A stretch of DNA of 64,000 nucleotides from a virus (lineage: Duplodnaviria > Heunggongvirae > Uroviricota > Caudoviricetes), in the IMG/VR virus record IMGVR_UViG_3300028602_000006; one strand, written 5' to 3'. A model generated the notes under the pieces. The model made no database searches. It was not told the DNA's origin and saw only the letters and a list, made by a program, of their open reading frames with translations. Below are positions 56,344-64,000 of the stretch, one piece after another. The translations under genes and the position numbers were made by a program. Numbering within the stretch: position 1 is the first letter of the stretch; each line of letters opens with the position of its first letter.

Positions 56344-57036
56344 ATGACAAAAATTTACATAACAGGAGATATACATGGAGATCCGTTTAGGTTTTCTACA
56401 AAAAAATTTCCAGAGGGTAAAAAATTAACCAAAGAAGATTATGTCATTGTCGCTGGAGATTTCGGGATTATTTGGAAGAACGATTCTGGAAGAGAAGAGC
56501 AATATAAACTCAAGTGGTTAAGAGACAAACCTTGGACTACGCTGTTTGTGGACGGGAACCATGAGAATCATGAGCGTTTAGATATTCTGCCGACTGAAGA
56601 AAAATTCGGAGGCAAGGTGGGAGTAGTATGCCAAGATGTATACCATTTGAAACGTGGCGAAATATATCAAATTGGAGGGAAATCGTTTTTTACTTTTGGG
56701 GGGGCGCACTCTACTGATAGAGAAAGTAGAAGAATAGGAGTATCTTGGTGGGATAGAGAATTGCCCAATTATGCAGAAATGGATTATGGGTTAGGGCAAT
56801 TGGAGAAGGTGAAATACTCAGTCGATTATATTATTACTCACACAATCCCCCGATCTTTAATTGAAGTCTTAGGATTTTCAAAAAGACCGATAGAAGGTGA
56901 TGACCCAACCATTAAATATTTAGATCATATCGCTCACGCAACTACTTTTAAGAAGTGGTATTTTGGGCATATGCATGTCGATAGGGACTTAGGTAAATTC
57001 AGAGCGCTTTACGAGTATATTGACGAGATTATGTGA
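56344..57036 (+). CDS. calcineurin-like metallophosphoesterase
   Basis: GDIHG, AGDFG, VDGNHE, THT, YFGHMH. Confidence 0.88.
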   Translation: MTKIYITGDIHGDPFRFSTKKFPEGKKLTKEDYVIVAGDFGIIWKNDSGREEQYKLKWLRDKPWTTLFVDGNHENHERLDILPTEEKFGGKVGVVCQDVYHLKRGEIYQIGGKSFFTFGGAHSTDRESRRIGVSWWDRELPNYAEMDYGLGQLEKVKYSVDYIITHTIPRSLIEVLGFSKRPIEGDDPTIKYLDHIAHATTFKKWYFGHMHVDRDLGKFRALYEYIDEIM

Positions 57037-57364
57037 TTTTTGGATCTAAATCTTTGATTTTTGGATCTAAATCTTTTTCAGGGATATATTCCGCTCCGGT
57101 TGCCTCCCCCATCATCGATGATTGAAATCTATTTATATATCTCCCTTTATTTGTGAGAAATAGGTCTATTGCTCCGCTATATGTCATATCATTACCGTCT
57201 TTATCGACCAGTTCATCATCGGAGTTTATTATTGCATAGCCTTCCTGAATGGCATTTTGCAAAGCTTCTGCATGGTTTCTTCCCGTAAAGAATTTTCCTC
57301 CGGCATAAATGGCGGCGGCGATGGGATACTCTCTGTCTTTGGATGTTTTGTACCAAGATTTCAT
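57029..57364 (-). CDS. MKSWYKTSK-leader hypothetical protein
   Basis: Leader; FFTGRNH..FLTNKGRYINR; C-terminal KDLDPKI x2 from 21-bp duplication 57034-57075. Confidence 0.7.
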   Translation of the reverse strand: MKSWYKTSKDREYPIAAAIYAGGKFFTGRNHAEALQNAIQEGYAIINSDDELVDKDGNDMTYSGAIDLFLTNKGRYINRFQSSMMGEATGAEYIPEKDLDPKIKDLDPKIT

Positions 57365-57450
57365 GCGATATATTTCTTTTTGGCAGGGGAATGAACCTTT
57401 TTAAGAGAATATAGGTAATAATATCTTATAAAACACATGGAGTATAACAC

Positions 57451-57900
57451 ATGAAAATATTAAAGACAGCATCTGGCAATAAACTTTCTATTTCAAGGAA
57501 AGAATGGGAAGCGATGGGTATTAAATCGGGGTGGTTGACTTCTCGCTATCGTGGGCCGGGCAAAGGGACGAGCGAAAAAGAAGTTACTCTTTATCGTGAC
57601 TCTAACGGAACAATATCTTTAATGGAAGATGAAGGTACTCCTTTTACAGCATTTATTGAATATTCCTATTCTCCCGCTGAAAAAGCTGAATATGAAGGTA
57701 GTTTGATGACTTATCCGGGGGCAAGCGCATCAGTAGATATAATTTCTGTAAAGGATGAGAATGGAAACGAAGTTCCAGTTGACCATGAATCTTTATCAGA
57801 GACATTTGATCTTGTGAATGAATATGAGAATGTTTCAGAGTCTGCTTATGAAAATGCTATGGATGCGAAACGTGAGGATAAGATTCTAGGTAGTTACTAA
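57451..57900 (+). CDS. hypothetical protein with MKILKTA...ISRKEW..MG..SGW leader
   Basis: GGAG RBS; leader. Confidence 0.7.
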   Translation: MKILKTASGNKLSISRKEWEAMGIKSGWLTSRYRGPGKGTSEKEVTLYRDSNGTISLMEDEGTPFTAFIEYSYSPAEKAEYEGSLMTYPGASASVDIISVKDENGNEVPVDHESLSETFDLVNEYENVSESAYENAMDAKREDKILGSY

Positions 57901-58208
57901 AATTTCCCCTGTTGCCATCTTTTTTCTCTCTCATTAAGCCATTCTTGTTCAGCTTCTTGCTTTTCTTTTCGAGTGTCTTTGTACCGAAGAGTTTTTAGAA
58001 GATCTACAGATGGAACTCTTCCGAATTTTTTCCCAGAAGATTTCTCAATTTGTTCTAGAAAAGAATTTGCATCTTCATGGCTTTTGAAGAGGGGGATATT
58101 ATATTTGTAGAGTTCTCTTACAGAAAATACTTCATCGCCCTCTTCGTCATAAAGCATCCCATTTTCAAGTAAGTATTCTTCGGATTGAGCTAATTTGTAA
58201 ATCTTCAT
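57897..58208 (-). CDS. MKIYKLAQ-leader hypothetical protein
   Basis: ATG 58208 just after AGG-N19-GAA. Confidence 0.65.
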   Translation of the reverse strand: MKIYKLAQSEEYLLENGMLYDEEGDEVFSVRELYKYNIPLFKSHEDANSFLEQIEKSSGKKFGRVPSVDLLKTLRYKDTRKEKQEAEQEWLNEREKRWQQGKF

Positions 58209-58276
58209 AGGTAAATAATTCACAAAATAATTATGTTTTACCTTTAGAATGTTACACATTATGTATAATATCAAAT

Positions 58277-59062
58277 ATGAAAGTGATTGTTTTAGGCAAA
58301 GGGTATCTAGGATCTGAATTCGAGCGGAATGGATATGATGTTAGAGGAAGAGGTTTCTTTAACGCTCAATCTCTTCATAATATGCCTTTATCAAAATTAG
58401 ATGACTTCAATATTATTATTAATTGTATTGGGAATAGCGATACTAGGTGGTGCGAAGATCCTAGAAATTTTGAAGAGGCTATGTTTGTAAATGCGTATGT
58501 GCCTAAAATTTTAAGTGATTATTGCAAATTAAATAACAAAAGGTTTGTGCATATATCAACTGGATGTCTTTATGACAAGAATAATAGCAGGGAGAACAAT
58601 AATCTCGTTTCTCATTGTAATTATACAGTTACAAAATTTGCCGCTGAGAGGTTAATAGATCCATCTAGAGACCTTATCATTCGCCCTAGGTTATTATTCA
58701 GCGATGTAGTAAATAAAAAGAATTTGTTAGTAAAGCTACCTAATTTCAAGCACTATATATATGATAAGTGGGATAGTTTAACATGTACAACTACTATCGT
58801 TGAAGCGGTACAAAGCTTATTAGATAATGATCAGGTTGGAGTATTTAACGTTGCAAATGATGGTAATGCATCTATTTTTGATATTGCATCTTGGTGCGGA
58901 TGGGCAGAATATACTAAAATAATTGGAATAGAAGATTTAAGGGCGGAACAAGGTTTATATCTTGTTAATAATACGATGAGGCTGGAAAAGTTAAAGCAGT
59001 TTTACCAACCGCCAAAATTAAAAGATATTGTAATTGATTGTTTTAGCAAGCTATATGTCTGA
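58277..59062 (+). CDS. NAD-dependent sugar reductase/epimerase (RmlD-like SDR)
   Basis: VIVLGKGYLG, FVHISTGCLY, YTVTK. Confidence 0.8.
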   Translation: MKVIVLGKGYLGSEFERNGYDVRGRGFFNAQSLHNMPLSKLDDFNIIINCIGNSDTRWCEDPRNFEEAMFVNAYVPKILSDYCKLNNKRFVHISTGCLYDKNNSRENNNLVSHCNYTVTKFAAERLIDPSRDLIIRPRLLFSDVVNKKNLLVKLPNFKHYIYDKWDSLTCTTTIVEAVQSLLDNDQVGVFNVANDGNASIFDIASWCGWAEYTKIIGIEDLRAEQGLYLVNNTMRLEKLKQFYQPPKLKDIVIDCFSKLYV

Positions 59063-59064
59063 TT

Positions 59065-59646
59065 CTATTTTACTCTTCCCAACTTCCAGCACTTCCTGCA
59101 AACAGCGATATAAGACTCATTTCCTCCGGTTTGTATTTGTACGCCAGTTTTAATTGCCTCTCCATTACTTAGACGAAGATTGCAGTTGGCTTTTCTTCCG
59201 CAGTGGCACATTGTTTTTATTTCTTGAATTGAATCCGAAAGTTCTATTAGGCGTTTACTTCCTGTAAATAATTTATTTTTAAAATCAGTTTTCAATCCAT
59301 AGCATATAACGACGATATTGAGAGTGTCTACAATATCACTTAGTTGTTCAACTTGACATTTTGATAGAAACTGAGCCTCTTCGACAATGATAAGATCTAT
59401 TTTTTGTTTCTTAATTAGTTCTGATACTATCTCATAGAAATTTGTATCTTCATAGATCACAAGATCAGCCTTCGCCTCTATTCCAATTCTTGATTTTATC
59501 ACGCCGATGCCATCTCGATCATCAATTGAGGAAGTCGCCAGCAGAGTATTCATGCCCTGCTCTTTGTAATTAAAATTTGTAATCAATAGTTGTGCGGTTT
59601 TGGCGGCTCCCATAGCGCCATAATAAAAATACAATTTTGCTTTCAT
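59065..59646 (-). CDS. tdk: thymidine kinase
   Basis: YGAMGAAKT, IVEEAQF, YGLKTDF, CHCG, YIAVCRKC. Confidence 0.92.
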   Translation of the reverse strand: MKAKLYFYYGAMGAAKTAQLLITNFNYKEQGMNTLLATSSIDDRDGIGVIKSRIGIEAKADLVIYEDTNFYEIVSELIKKQKIDLIIVEEAQFLSKCQVEQLSDIVDTLNIVVICYGLKTDFKNKLFTGSKRLIELSDSIQEIKTMCHCGRKANCNLRLSNGEAIKTGVQIQTGGNESYIAVCRKCWKLGRVK

Positions 59647-59680
59647 TGGATTATTATACAGCCTTCCAAGCAAAATTAGA

Positions 59681-60124
59681 TTAATCTAATCCGAATACAT
59701 TGTCAAATAAACCGCTTAGGTTAGGTACTTCCGCTGGATCAATATTTTCATATACTTCTGTATTTATTTGCATATCAGAAGAGTCAACATACGTTGGTTC
59801 AGGTTCTATATAATCATACTTATCTCTTAAAGCAGTGAGACGATTAGATTCAAGAGAATGGTCGTAATTAGCAAAACTTGGATGGGTTTCAGTCTTTTGA
59901 TCAAGCTCGCCAACCTTTAACTTAGTTGGTATACTTATGTAATCGCTGCAATTTTGAGAACGGTTGAGTTGCAATTTCGCTTTAGTTATCCATCCATCAT
60001 GTATTTGAGATGCTTTGTCGAAGACTTCTTGCCTCTTTTCTTCAAATGCGTCGATACCACCATGAGGAGCGTAAGTTTGTTCTATAAAAGCGTCCATCAT
60101 TTTGCTCATATCATATGCCTCCAC
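59681..60124 (-). CDS. hypothetical protein
   Basis: 147 aa ORF; start uncertain. Confidence 0.65.
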   Translation of the reverse strand: MEAYDMSKMMDAFIEQTYAPHGGIDAFEEKRQEVFDKASQIHDGWITKAKLQLNRSQNCSDYISIPTKLKVGELDQKTETHPSFANYDHSLESNRLTALRDKYDYIEPEPTYVDSSDMQINTEVYENIDPAEVPNLSGLFDNVFGLD

Positions 60125-60579
60125 ATGTCCTGATGAGTCTTATACCAATTAGCAAGATAAACTTGTCCGTCTATTTCCCCTAGCCTTGTTCCGTCAACGG
60201 CAAGGGAGTGCTGATTATCTTTGCATCGTTCGCATCCGAAGAGATCGTAATATCTCCCATTTTTTTGATATCCATTTTTTAAACAACTCCATACTCCCCA
60301 GCAATAAGGGCAGTATTCATCATTACAGAACCCCCACGCTTCTGGATCGTGGCTGTATGGTATTTCTTCTCCATCGCACCATTTAATGAGATCTTTTGGA
60401 TAGCGAATTGAGTTTGCCCAAACTTTAGATTTCCCGCAGGAGCATTTCATCAATTGCCCCGGGTTAAAATGATGTTTTGGATTATTTATTATATCTGTTA
60501 TTTCTAGGAGCGTATTGCAAAGTTCACAAATATAGCTTCCATCTTTGGCGAACTTCCATGCTATTCGATACATTTTCAT
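60106..60579 (-). CDS. MKMYRIAW-leader multi-Zn-finger protein
   Basis: CELC, CSCG, CPYC, CERC. Confidence 0.7.
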   Translation of the reverse strand: MKMYRIAWKFAKDGSYICELCNTLLEITDIINNPKHHFNPGQLMKCSCGKSKVWANSIRYPKDLIKWCDGEEIPYSHDPEAWGFCNDEYCPYCWGVWSCLKNGYQKNGRYYDLFGCERCKDNQHSLAVDGTRLGEIDGQVYLANWYKTHQDMWRHMI

Positions 60580-60596
60580 TTTGCTTCTACGATATT

Positions 60597-60899
60597 TTAC
60601 TCTAAAAGATTTTTATGCTGACCATGCGCTAGCGGAGTAACAAGGACTTCATATATTTTACCGTCATTATATCTAAACCACCCTACCGAGCCATTTGATA
60701 CTAAATATGAACTTAATCTTTCGTCAAATACTCCGGATTTAGATATATCTTCGATGATATCAGATGTATGCGCTTTACCTTTCTCGCCAAGTTCCTCCTT
60801 TCGCCATTCTTGTTCCATTAGAAAGGATTCGGCTTCTGGAGATTCGAGAGGGTCTACTCCTTCATTTGAAAATGGTTGAGCTAATTTTAATATTTTCAT
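60597..60899 (-). CDS. MKILKLAQ-leader hypothetical protein
   Basis: Leader; AGG-N18-GAA upstream. Confidence 0.7.
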   Translation of the reverse strand: MKILKLAQPFSNEGVDPLESPEAESFLMEQEWRKEELGEKGKAHTSDIIEDISKSGVFDERLSSYLVSNGSVGWFRYNDGKIYEVLVTPLAHGQHKNLLE

Positions 60900-60955
60900 A
60901 ATGTTAGTATTTCAATAAAAAGGGTCAATATACCTTTCTATCGAAATAATAGTAT

Positions 60956-61357
60956 ATGAATTGGTACAAAGAACATAAAATGGTTGAGGCATTTTACTGC
61001 CTTGTCACAGAAGAAAATTATCGATTCGCCATGTCCCCATCAAGAGACTATAAAAAAATAGATCTGAAGAGGTGGGGGAAGTTGCATGCGATGTTATCTA
61101 AAATTGTTGGATTGACTTCTTCTGACCCAGATTTTCTTGATAAATTCATGGAGTTAAGCGATGTTTTCAGGGAACTTACTGATCGTTTAGGTAGATTGCC
61201 AAAAAAAGAAGAATTTTTAACTGCATGGAGATCTTGGGAACTGTATAAAGGCATGCGCCATCCAGAAAGAATAAAAGAGGAATATAATTATCCTATGGGC
61301 GGATTAACCAAAGTCCCTCAACCAGAGCAAAGTTTACCTGTTAACGCATTAGTTTAA
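60956..61357 (+). CDS. MNWYKEH-leader hypothetical protein
   Basis: Leader; AGG-N19-GAA upstream. Confidence 0.7.
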   Translation: MNWYKEHKMVEAFYCLVTEENYRFAMSPSRDYKKIDLKRWGKLHAMLSKIVGLTSSDPDFLDKFMELSDVFRELTDRLGRLPKKEEFLTAWRSWELYKGMRHPERIKEEYNYPMGGLTKVPQPEQSLPVNALV

Positions 61358-61919
61358 TGGTTGTTGATTTATCTTCGTAATCTTCAAAAATTACTTCGTC
61401 AAAATCAAATTTTAATCCCTCAAACTTTCTGTTTTTGATATACTTCTCTCCATTACCGCATTTTAGATATGCCAGCGTAACATGCGGATGATAATCCGGG
61501 AATGTGCTGGAGTGCTCTAAGTTCTCTTGGAGAGCGTAATGAATACGGTGAAGTGCCGAGCTTATTATATTGACCTTCAAAACATCGTATTCTTCTTTCT
61601 CAAACATTCCTATCTGGCCAAGTTTTACTGTGCCTCCTTTTTGCTCTTCAAGAATTTTTCTAACTTTACGAACATCTTTTGTGTGTATGCCCCATAGAAC
61701 TGTGATATGAGGATCATCTTCAACTCCATATTTCCAACCTTTTCCATGAACTACTTCACCTTTTTCTTCTTTTTTGATAAATAGTTCACGTTCAGGAATG
61801 GTTTTAGCATACTGCATTGTTTTTGATCCAATATTTTTTGGAAGACTAATACTTACCCAGCTATAGTCACGTTCTTTAGCGATTCTATCCATGCGAGATA
61901 TTTTATACCAATTATTCAT
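61341..61919 (-). CDS. 2H phosphoesterase, Acb1/T4 57B-like, with MNNWYKISR leader
   Basis: PHITVLWG and TFPDYHPHVTLAY (two HxT motifs). Confidence 0.8.
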   Translation of the reverse strand: MNNWYKISRMDRIAKERDYSWVSISLPKNIGSKTMQYAKTIPERELFIKKEEKGEVVHGKGWKYGVEDDPHITVLWGIHTKDVRKVRKILEEQKGGTVKLGQIGMFEKEEYDVLKVNIISSALHRIHYALQENLEHSSTFPDYHPHVTLAYLKCGNGEKYIKNRKFEGLKFDFDEVIFEDYEDKSTTIKLMR

Positions 61920-61923
61920 TCTG

Positions 61924-61991
61924 TAATAATTCAAAGAAACAATACAAATAACCTTTCTAATAATTCAAAGAAACAATACAAATAACCTTTC
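61924..61991. repeat. 34-bp tandem duplication of a complete - strand AGG-N19-GAA promoter
   Basis: TAATAATTCAAAGAAACAATACAAATAACCTTTC x2. Confidence 0.9.
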
Positions 61992-62060
61992 TAAGAGGAG
62001 CAGGAGGCTTATAGTTTGAATAAAGTAACTGAAATATAATATATTAAGGAGTAGGTAAAT

Positions 62061-62609
62061 ATGCTTCCAATAGCAGACAGAACAGTTCAAGTTGACGATT
62101 TAGCGCTTCATAAAGCGTATGCCGTTGAGAAAATTAAGCAAGTCATAGAGATCGAGAGCAATCAAAGTTCTGGCTTGGTTAAATATGCTTCTATTGGGGC
62201 TGATGTGGAGAATGAATTATCATTTGATTTTTCGGTTGATGAATCTCCTAAAACAATTTATGTAGATTGGTGTGATCCGATACACATAAAGGATGGCGTG
62301 GTCTATTTTAGCGGAGGCACGATGGATTCACATATTGATATATGGATGGTATGTCCTCAGGGACAATATTATCTCGATAACAATGGCAATCCTGCTTATG
62401 CGCATACAGAGACTCCAATTGCATATTATGTAATAAATCAAATAATGGCTGGCGATGCAGAGATGGGAATATACTTTGATGTAGAAGCTCGTTCAACGGC
62501 AATTCCTAATAATTATAAGTTAAAGGTTGTTATAAATAAAGGCTCTGCTACAGAACTAAGGGGTTGTTTGCGGTTGGAAATTAATCGGCAGAGAACTGTT
62601 ATTCTCTAG
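62061..62609 (+). CDS. hypothetical beta-rich protein (possibly structural)
   Basis: AGGAG RBS; TAG stop. Confidence 0.7.
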   Translation: MLPIADRTVQVDDLALHKAYAVEKIKQVIEIESNQSSGLVKYASIGADVENELSFDFSVDESPKTIYVDWCDPIHIKDGVVYFSGGTMDSHIDIWMVCPQGQYYLDNNGNPAYAHTETPIAYYVINQIMAGDAEMGIYFDVEARSTAIPNNYKLKVVINKGSATELRGCLRLEINRQRTVIL

Positions 62610-63202
62610 GACTGATCGATAGATATTAGTGAATTTACAATCTTTTTAATGATTTCAGGGTTTCTCCAATAATCATAATGCGCCACATATGGATTATAGG
62701 CGTTAAAATTCCACCATGGCCCTGCATAAACGTAGTTTTCTACATTATCGAATGGGATATTATATGCTAATTGATCATATTTATTTACAATGTTTAAAAT
62801 ACTTTTCTTTTGTCCTATTACGGAAGATATTGATATTTCATTTTCATCTTTATCACGTATAATATCAACTAATACAGCGGGGCTTCCAAAAGTTACACAC
62901 GATGGATTTTCTTGTACTAGCGCCAGAATACTTCCAGCCGAATGACCTATATAATAATCTGCGGATGGAACTTCTGTTTGTTGAGCATATTTAATTACAT
63001 GTTGGAAATCAAGAATAATTTCGCAAACCCATTTCCTAACAGTTTTATATGGATTTGGAATTGGAGGGATGGATAAATTATGCTGCCAATAAAATATTTC
63101 TATTTCGCAATTGGGTATTTTTGAACTTATCTGGTCTTTAAAATATAGATGATTCTCTTTATGTTCGTGGAATCCCACTCCCGGTATAATTACTATTTTC
63201 AT
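62606..63202 (-). CDS. alpha/beta hydrolase-like protein
   Basis: IIPGVG, IGHSAG nucleophile elbow, DQL, AHYDYW. Confidence 0.7.
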   Translation of the reverse strand: MKIVIIPGVGFHEHKENHLYFKDQISSKIPNCEIEIFYWQHNLSIPPIPNPYKTVRKWVCEIILDFQHVIKYAQQTEVPSADYYIGHSAGSILALVQENPSCVTFGSPAVLVDIIRDKDENEISISSVIGQKKSILNIVNKYDQLAYNIPFDNVENYVYAGPWWNFNAYNPYVAHYDYWRNPEIIKKIVNSLISIDQS

Positions 63203-63242
63203 GCCGGTTCATTCAAAAAAATAACGCAAATATCCTTCCAAA

Positions 63243-63824
63243 CTAGAGATTGATATTTTTGTTTTTATATAGATCTGACGGGCATTTTATAATTCCATCA
63301 ATCATCCCCATTTCAAGAGCTTCTTCTGCGGAAATATAAGAGTCAATCCTCATAAGCTCTTTTATTTTTGATCTTGATAACTTAGTATATTTAACAATTA
63401 ATTTTTCAAGTATACCTTGTATTTTTTTAGATTCAATAATATCGACATCCATTTCGGATAATTTACCAAATGTTCCGGCTGATAACTGGTGCATTAATAT
63501 TCTGGAGTTAGGAGTAACAAATCGCTTACCCTTTGTCCCCGACATTAGGAGCATTTGGGCGCAGCTCATTTGTTTGCCAATCCCTAACGTTATGATATCG
63601 CATCTGGTTACGTGTTTTATCACATCATGTATCGCCATAAGACTATGTATATACCCTCCGTAAGAATCAATCATTAATAATATATCTTTTGTCGGGTCTT
63701 TGGCCTCAAGAGCTAAAATTTCTGTAATAATACTTTTTGCCTTATCTTCATTGAATATTCCACTCAAAAATACGATCCTGTTTTGCTCCAAAGAATTCCC
63801 ACTTTTATCTGGCGATATTGACAT
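63243..63824 (-). CDS. clpP: ClpP-like protease subunit
   Basis: IDSYGG, MSCAQML, RILMHQ, DSYISAEEALEMGMIDGI. Confidence 0.9.
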   Translation of the reverse strand: MSISPDKSGNSLEQNRIVFLSGIFNEDKAKSIITEILALEAKDPTKDILLMIDSYGGYIHSLMAIHDVIKHVTRCDIITLGIGKQMSCAQMLLMSGTKGKRFVTPNSRILMHQLSAGTFGKLSEMDVDIIESKKIQGILEKLIVKYTKLSRSKIKELMRIDSYISAEEALEMGMIDGIIKCPSDLYKNKNINL

Positions 63825-63867
63825 ATATTATCCCCTTCTTTTTTGTTAAATATTTAATCTATTATAC

Positions 63868-63897
63868 AAAAGCCCCATGCTATATCATGGGGTTTTT
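63868..63897. terminator. hairpin terminator
   Basis: AAAAGCCCCATG / CATGGGGTTTTT. Confidence 0.7.
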
Positions 63898-63918
63898 GCA
63901 ATTTAGTTCATTAAAAGA

Positions 63919-63999
63919 TTAATCTTCTCTTGTGCCATTAAGATCGGACACATAAGATGGAATCGCTTTTTCGAATTTTGATTTCTTATTGATTAGGTC
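63919..63999 (-). CDS. 3' end of a gene running off the window
   Basis: ...DLINKKSKFEKAIPSYVSDLNGTRED*. Confidence 0.4.
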   Translation of the reverse strand, partial: DLINKKSKFEKAIPSYVSDLNGTRED

Positions 64000-64000
64000 T

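Noticed and set aside
1-64000. Genome-wide TAG reassignment (code 15)
   Set aside because: All long genes are open in code 11 and several well-bounded genes end in TAG; only one internal TAG was found.

Overview
This 64-kb window is most consistent with a large lytic dsDNA (jumbo-type) bacteriophage, translated with standard code 11. No capsid, portal, terminase or polymerase gene lies inside it. It has three zones. (1) 1-2.6 kb: two adenine-methyltransferase ORFs translationally coupled to a TnpB. (2) About 3-44 kb: a strictly + strand early/host-takeover region of roughly 100 mostly tiny ORFs. Most ORFs or short ORF runs have their own sigma70-like promoter (CTTG(AC/CA)...TGnTAnnnT). It includes RNA ligase, RtcB, Pth2, a WGR-PARP, a macrodomain, HNH, SprT-DUF2786, ArdC, a bL12-like fusion, two tRNAs (one an amber suppressor, anticodon CUA) and several structured ncRNA candidates. 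Repeat-rich non-coding loci bound this zone at both ends. (3) About 45-64 kb: a mixed-strand zone whose genes follow a different promoter motif (AGG-N19-GAA, SigH-like). Many unrelated proteins here share short N-terminal leaders (WYK.AQ or LSKxxWxxIGxxxGW), and one leader gene has an in-frame TAG. This zone also holds an IS605-family TnpB insertion, thymidine kinase, ClpP, a C1 peptidase, a metallophosphoesterase and an Acb1-like 2H phosphoesterase. One secreted protein hints at a PVC-superphylum host. All family calls are by motif recognition only; no database searches were run.
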